A DNA stretch of 64,000 nt from an uncultured Gemmatimonadaceae bacterium (GTDB taxonomy: Bacteria > Gemmatimonadota > Gemmatimonadetes > Gemmatimonadales > Gemmatimonadaceae), in assembly GCA_963781585.1 (NCBI GenBank), contig CAWAGQ010000008.1:192001-256000 (forward strand). The letters are read 5' to 3'. Positions 58,650-64,000 of the stretch are shown one piece after another; the stretch's first letter is position 1; the number at the start of each line of letters is the position of its first letter. A program made the translations under genes and the position numbers. The notes under the pieces are model-generated. The model made no database searches. It was not told where the DNA came from and saw only the letters and a program-made list of their open reading frames with translations.

Positions 58650-60344
58650 CTAGACCTCTCCCGCCTTGCGAAGCTCCATGATTCGATCCGCGGTTCGCAT
58701 CGCCAACGCCAGAATCGTCCAGGTGGGATTCTTGTCCGCTTGTGACACAAACGGCCCGCCGTCCGCCACGAACAGGTTCTTGCAGTCCCACGCCTGCGAC
58801 CAGGAATTCACCACCGACGACTTCGGATCGCTCCCCATCCGCACCGTGCCCAACTCGTGGATGATCGAGCCCCCGGTGCTGATGCCGTATCCACGCTCCT
58901 GCGACGGCATCGGGGAGAACACTTCGCCGCCCATCTCCGACACCAGCGCGCGGAACGTCTCCTGCATGTGTTTCACCTGGTTGATCTCGTAATCGCTCCA
59001 CTTCCAGTGGAAGCGCAGCACCGGGATTCCCCAGATATCCGTGCGCTCGGGATCCAGCTCGCAATAGCAGTCCTCGCTGGGAATCTGCTCCCCGCGGCCG
59101 GAGAATCCGATGGTGGAGCCGTAGTAGCGTCGATATTCGTTCTTCAGCGACGCGCCATAGCCGCCACCCGGTTCATACCGTTCGATCCCCCCCATGAAGC
59201 CGTACGACGGCACACCCAGTCCGCCCCACACTTCGATGTGATAGCCCCGCGGAAAATCGAGCTTCTTGTTGTCCACCCACCACGGCATGTAGATGTGCCC
59301 GCCACCCACGCCATCGCAGTTGTGCGGCACATGATCCATCAGCTTCGGAACGAAGCCTGAGACGTCTGTCCCTGTGGTGTCGGTCAGATATTTCCCCACT
59401 ACCCCGCTCGAGTTTGCCAGCCCCTGCGGAAACGCCGACGACTTGGAGTTGAGCAGCAGGCGCGCCGATTCACACGCGCTCGCCGCGAGCACCACCACCC
59501 GCGCCCGTACCGTCCGGTCGCGCCCTGACGTCTTGTCGATGTACGACACGCCCGACGCCAGCCCGCGATCGTCAACCGTGACCTGGTGAGCCATCGCGTT
59601 CGTGATGATCTTCAGGCGTCCGGTCTGCATCGCCGGAAAAAGCAGCACGTTCGGGGACGTGAAGTTCGAGTTCGTCATGCACCCGCGATTGCACTCGCCG
59701 CAATAGTGACACGGCGCCCGGCTGCCTAACGGCTTGGTGATGATCGACAGTCGCCCGGGGATGCACCAGATCCCCAGCTTGTCGGCCGCCTGCTTCACGT
59801 ACAGCTCGTAGCACCTGGGCCTCGGCGGTGGCTGGAAGATTCCGTCGGGATGATTCGGCAGGTTCTCCCGGCTGCCGAAGATGCCGATCAAACGGTCGAT
59901 CCGGTCGTAGTACGGCCGGACATCTTCATACGTGATCGGCCAGTCCTCGCCCAGACCGTCGAGGCTCTTGCGCCGGAAGTCATCCGGTCCGAAACGGAGC
60001 GAGATGCGTCCCCAGTGATTGGTGCGTCCGCCCAGCATCCGGGCGCGCCACCACGAGAAGTTCGTCCCCTCGGCTCGCGTGTACGGCTCCCCCTCCACCT
60101 CCCAACCGCCGATGCACGCATCGAACTCGCCGAACGGACGCTCCGGGGTCGAGGCGCCGCGGCGCGGAGACTGGTACGGCCAGCGAAACATCGCGCTGTC
60201 CTTCGTGTTGTCCCACCAGCCACCCGCCTCCAGCACCACCACCCGCGCGCCCGCTTGCGTCAGCCGGTACGCCGCCATGCCCCCGCCGGCACCAGAACCG
60301 ACGATGCAGACGTCGTACACTTCGTTCTGGATGATACCTGTCAT
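58650..60344 (-). CDS. GMC family flavoprotein oxidoreductase (glucoside 3-dehydrogenase LacA-like)
   Basis: IVGSGAGGG, LGGRTNHWGR, CHYCGECNRGC, HELGTVRMG, KNPTWTILALA. Confidence 0.92.
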   Translation of the reverse strand: MTGIIQNEVYDVCIVGSGAGGGMAAYRLTQAGARVVVLEAGGWWDNTKDSAMFRWPYQSPRRGASTPERPFGEFDACIGGWEVEGEPYTRAEGTNFSWWRARMLGGRTNHWGRISLRFGPDDFRRKSLDGLGEDWPITYEDVRPYYDRIDRLIGIFGSRENLPNHPDGIFQPPPRPRCYELYVKQAADKLGIWCIPGRLSIITKPLGSRAPCHYCGECNRGCMTNSNFTSPNVLLFPAMQTGRLKIITNAMAHQVTVDDRGLASGVSYIDKTSGRDRTVRARVVVLAASACESARLLLNSKSSAFPQGLANSSGVVGKYLTDTTGTDVSGFVPKLMDHVPHNCDGVGGGHIYMPWWVDNKKLDFPRGYHIEVWGGLGVPSYGFMGGIERYEPGGGYGASLKNEYRRYYGSTIGFSGRGEQIPSEDCYCELDPERTDIWGIPVLRFHWKWSDYEINQVKHMQETFRALVSEMGGEVFSPMPSQERGYGISTGGSIIHELGTVRMGSDPKSSVVNSWSQAWDCKNLFVADGGPFVSQADKNPTWTILALAMRTADRIMELRKAGEV

Positions 60345-60572
60345 GGTGCTCTGAAGTCGCTCGTATCCTGGGTTGGCTGCTGCCCACGGCCAAATCACCG
60401 CGAGCCGCGCGCCATGGCGCGGGGAGCCGGAGGGCTGCTCTCCAATCCTCGCTCATTGAAGCCGGGGACGCTACCCTGAACACCGCCTGTACCACGCCAC
60501 TGCCCGCGCGAATGCGGGCGGCGTCTTCCGGACCGCTCCACGCGCCAAGGTGTTGCCGCCGGCCGCCGCCAG

Positions 60573-61598
60573 TCAGAAAACGATCGAGAGACCGAGACGG
60601 GTCGGCGTCATGATCGGCTCGATCCGGACTCCCCTGGTATCGCCGGATTCTCCCGACCGTCCGGGCTTGAGACGCGTGCGGCCGCGCGCCACCGCGGCAT
60701 CCGCCACCGTGGCCCCGATGCCGATCGCCAGGGGATAGTCGCTAGCCCAGTGGACCCCGGTGTTGACCATGGCGAATGACAGGATCCCCAGCAACGTGTA
60801 CCCCACCGGCCGCACGAACCGGTTCTCCGGATAGTTGCCCGCCACCACCCACACCGTCGCCACCGCGGCCGCCAGGTGACCTGACGGAAACGCGTCGAAC
60901 GCCGGCGTGTTGCGCGAGTAGGCCGCGAGGCTGGGGAACGGACGCCAGCGCCCGCGCGGGACCGTGGCTTCCGACGGCGTCTGCCGCCCGAACGTGTGCT
61001 TCAATCCCTGCGTGATGATACCTAACGTGAAGAGCGACTCGGTGATCTCGCTCGCGGTCCGCAGCGCCCGGTAGTCGTTATGCCACACCCCGACCACGAA
61101 GAAATGCCCCGCCACCGCCATGCTCATCCACCCGTCGCCAAGGAAGTACATCGCCGAAGCAATCGTCGTCGGAAATGGCAGCACTTTCACCCCGGCCACC
61201 ACCAGATTCGCCGACGGATGCGTCGGAGGAATGTCGAGATGCCGCGCCACGTTGCGTGTCTTGTCCAGCACCCATTCGTCGGCCGCGATCAGCCCCAGCG
61301 TACTGGTGGTGATCGCCACCCACCCCCCCACCCGATCACGACGGAAGGCGAGAGCCATCGTCCGCCCTAGCGTCCCGGGAACGTTCCGAAACGCCTGCAG
61401 GCGTCCGGGTCGCGTATACGCAAACCGGCCAAACGCCCCCAGGTCCACCTCCTGGGCCACTCGTGGCCCGCGCGACCCGTTGGGCACCGCACACGGCGCC
61501 GTGGAATCCGCGTCCGGGCAGCTGTCCTGAGCCGCCAGGACCCCCGGTACCAGGATCCAGACCACCAGTACGGGCGCGAGGCGCCGTGCGATACGCAT
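60573..61598 (-). CDS. PAP2-family phosphatase
   Basis: LKHTFGRQTP, AFPSGH, HWASD. Confidence 0.88.
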   Translation of the reverse strand: MRIARRLAPVLVVWILVPGVLAAQDSCPDADSTAPCAVPNGSRGPRVAQEVDLGAFGRFAYTRPGRLQAFRNVPGTLGRTMALAFRRDRVGGWVAITTSTLGLIAADEWVLDKTRNVARHLDIPPTHPSANLVVAGVKVLPFPTTIASAMYFLGDGWMSMAVAGHFFVVGVWHNDYRALRTASEITESLFTLGIITQGLKHTFGRQTPSEATVPRGRWRPFPSLAAYSRNTPAFDAFPSGHLAAAVATVWVVAGNYPENRFVRPVGYTLLGILSFAMVNTGVHWASDYPLAIGIGATVADAAVARGRTRLKPGRSGESGDTRGVRIEPIMTPTRLGLSIVF

Positions 61599-61669
61599 GC
61601 TGCGCTGTCCTTCAAGGGCCACTGTCGGCAGGCTCGAACGAAAGCGCGGCGACGCCGGAAACGTCAAGC

Positions 61670-62449
61670 CTACCGCCGGCTGTTCGAACCGGCGGCCGGC
61701 GGAAGGCGCCGGAGCACGCTCTCCGCACTCAACACGCCTAACGCCGCACCCGAGAGTACGTCGCTCGTCCAGTGGTCGTTCTGATAGATGCGCGAAATCC
61801 CGACCAGCGTCGCCGCACCAAAGAACACCGCCCTCAGCGCCGTGCGATGACGCGGATGCGCCCCGCCCAACTGGCTGGCCAGCGCCGTCGCCGCCGCGAA
61901 CGCCCCGCTCGTGTGCCCGGACGGAAACGACGTGTGGCTCCCGTCGAAGAAGCCGCGCCCCGGATTGTACATGTCCGGATCCCCAGGATGACTCTTCGGC
62001 CGCCCTCGGCCGATCAGCCCCTTCGTCAGCTCCGTCAGCACCGCGCTCAGCAATACGGCATGCGCCGTCACCCCTCCCACCTGCTGCATCACACTGTCAT
62101 GACTCACCCGACCCACCAGCCACAGCGTACCACCCGTCACCAGCGGCGCCGCGCCACCGATCGAACTCACGTCCAGCGAGGCGTGCCGCAGCGTCGCCCC
62201 GCCGTGCGCGTTCAGCTCCTGCGACGCGTCCGACAGCCGAGCATCGAACAGTGACACCGTCGCCGACGCGGCCAGCGAGATCGCTCCCGCCACCATCAGG
62301 GGACGAATGCTCGCAGCCGGAGTGGGGACGCGCGTCGCGACGGTGTCAGCGCCCTGTGCCGAAACCACCCGACCGATTGCGGCTCCCATCACTATCAACG
62401 TCAACCCACAACACCTCGCAGCCATTGCCACCTCGTCGAACGAGCGCAT
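61670..62449 (-). CDS. PAP2-family phosphatase (start uncertain)
   Basis: KGLIGRGRP, SFPSGH, SRIYQNDHWTSD. Confidence 0.9.
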   Translation of the reverse strand: MRSFDEVAMAARCCGLTLIVMGAAIGRVVSAQGADTVATRVPTPAASIRPLMVAGAISLAASATVSLFDARLSDASQELNAHGGATLRHASLDVSSIGGAAPLVTGGTLWLVGRVSHDSVMQQVGGVTAHAVLLSAVLTELTKGLIGRGRPKSHPGDPDMYNPGRGFFDGSHTSFPSGHTSGAFAAATALASQLGGAHPRHRTALRAVFFGAATLVGISRIYQNDHWTSDVLSGAALGVLSAESVLRRLPPAAGSNSRR

Positions 62450-62536
62450 GCCGAGCCTGCCACTCGTCTAAGACTCGGCCCCCTCGCGCCGTGTCGCAAT
62501 GGCGGAACTCCGGAATCAGGGCTTCCCTCGCGGGAT

Positions 62537-64000
62537 TCACCTCCACCGGAGAACGCTGAGGATGTCGGAATAGTCATCCGTCCACACTCGGGTCGCCGGC
62601 TCAGGCGGGAGCGGGGTCCAGTCGGGCTGTCGCAACAGCGTCGCCAGCGTCGCCGGCTTTCTCGCCAACACCACCCACCGGCTCCCGTAGTAGAGCTTGA
62701 GCCGCTCCTCCGACGTCACATCGCGGTCGCCCACCGCACCGGGAATCCGCGCATCGTCGGCCAACCCGGTCAGTACCGGGCGCAAGTCCACGTATCGATT
62801 GCTGATGTGGAATGCCACCTCTCCACCATCCCGCAGCTTCCGGAGGTAGAGCGCCAGCGCCTCGCGGGTGAGCAGATGCGCCGGGATCGCATCCGAGGTG
62901 AACGCATCCAGGATGATCAGGTCGAACTCGGAGTCCGGCGCCTGCGTCAACGAGAGCCGCGCGTCTCCCAGAACGATGTCGATCGTGGGCGGGCAGTCGC
63001 GAATGTAGGAAAACAGAGAAGAGCGGGCGATCCGCACCACCAGCGGATCGATCTCGTAGTACGTCCAGCGCTCCCCCGTCCTGCCGTAGCACGCCGTCGT
63101 CCCCGTTCCCAGTCCCACCACCGCGACCCGCCGCAGACCACCTGACGTCGCCACGTTCTCGAAGATCTGGCCCAGCGGACCGCCACGGAAATAGTACGTG
63201 ATGGGCTCCAGCCGCCGATCGGGGTCCGTGCTCTCGGCACCGTGCGTCGTGGTGCCGTTTTGCAGCACCGTATACTCGAGGATCTGCCGCACCCGGTACA
63301 CGCCGAAGAAGCTGCGCCGTTGGAAAATGATGTCGCTGTTGGCTGCATCAGCGAACCGGGCCCCTCCGTAGATCGCGAACGCGCCGAGCGCCAGCCGGAA
63401 TGGTCGCTTCCAGAAGACGGCCACAACCAGCGCCGCCGCGCCGAGAAATATCTGCGTGCCGTACAGCCCCCACTCGTCAGGCGGTTTCGGAAGCCGGAAC
63501 CCGCCCCACACCGCCGCACATACCAGCGCCGGGAACAGCAGGTCCAGCAGCAGCACACGCCGGCTGCCGAACTGCCGTGAGAAGGACGGCCGCAATCCGA
63601 ACGCGATCACCAGCGCGAACGGATACTCGATCAGCGTGTCGTACAGTTGCGGCGCCAGGATGACGTTGAACACGCCCCCCAGGACCCCGCCCAGAGACAT
63701 CCACAGATAAAACTCGGTCAGATGCTCGACTCTGGGCCGGCTGTCAGCCAGCTCCCGGTGACAGACCATCGCTGTGACGAAGAACGCCAGGAGATGCAGG
63801 GCCGCCTGCGTCGTAATCCGACGCCCCGGGCCGGCGCAGATGGACACCATCAGGGCGAGCCCTAACGCCAGCTGCAGGAACAGCATGAAACTCCGCCCGA
63901 GTGGAGGCCGCCGCGAGAACACCAGCACGAAGGTCAACAGGTACAGCGCGAGTGGAATGACCCAGAGGAAGGGAACCGACGCGATATCGGTGCTGAGATA
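62537..64000 (-). CDS. Membrane-fused spermidine-synthase-like SAM-dependent methyltransferase (3' part; continues beyond the right edge)
   Basis: The frame is open to 64000 (YLSTDIASVPFLWVIPLALYLLTF). RSFFG, NGTTTHG, VGLGTG, YEIDP, GDARL, LDAFTSDAIPAHL, WTDDYS. Confidence 0.92.
   Translation of the reverse strand, partial: YLSTDIASVPFLWVIPLALYLLTFVLVFSRRPPLGRSFMLFLQLALGLALMVSICAGPGRRITTQAALHLLAFFVTAMVCHRELADSRPRVEHLTEFYLWMSLGGVLGGVFNVILAPQLYDTLIEYPFALVIAFGLRPSFSRQFGSRRVLLLDLLFPALVCAAVWGGFRLPKPPDEWGLYGTQIFLGAAALVVAVFWKRPFRLALGAFAIYGGARFADAANSDIIFQRRSFFGVYRVRQILEYTVLQNGTTTHGAESTDPDRRLEPITYYFRGGPLGQIFENVATSGGLRRVAVVGLGTGTTACYGRTGERWTYYEIDPLVVRIARSSLFSYIRDCPPTIDIVLGDARLSLTQAPDSEFDLIILDAFTSDAIPAHLLTREALALYLRKLRDGGEVAFHISNRYVDLRPVLTGLADDARIPGAVGDRDVTSEERLKLYYGSRWVVLARKPATLATLLRQPDWTPLPPEPATRVWTDDYSDILSVLRWR

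Noticed and set aside
1..64000. tRNA/rRNA genes
   Set aside because: No cloverleaf/T-loop signatures or rRNA-like segments recognised in the intergenic gaps by eye.

Overview
High-GC (roughly 68% by eye) bacterial chromosomal segment with about 46 protein-coding genes. I found no rRNA, tRNA, CRISPR array or intact mobile element. The gene repertoire (Hanks kinase, Big_2/RCC1 lipoproteins, CarboxypepD_reg-plug protein, Gly/Arg-rich secreted S9 and BNR hydrolases) suggests Gemmatimonadota, which is inference only. Notable contents: a frameshifted TM0106-type nuclease/SF1 helicase, a Big_2-ZU5(HFS) lipoprotein that may self-cleave, a polytopic patatin-like protein, IorAB, a vapBC pair with a visible promoter/operator, a Sco-PCuAC fusion plus CtaG, an AhpD-like gene with a mycofactocin-type SDR, and scattered 3-ketoglycoside pathway genes. 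There are also several gene-remnant patches. The strongest unexplained signal is at DNA level: the non-palindromic word CGTTAGG(C)/(G)CCTAACG occurs 22 times by manual count. It sits on both strands and in several reading frames, mostly inside genes, where it imposes rare codons. All protein calls come from motif recognition by eye, not database searches.
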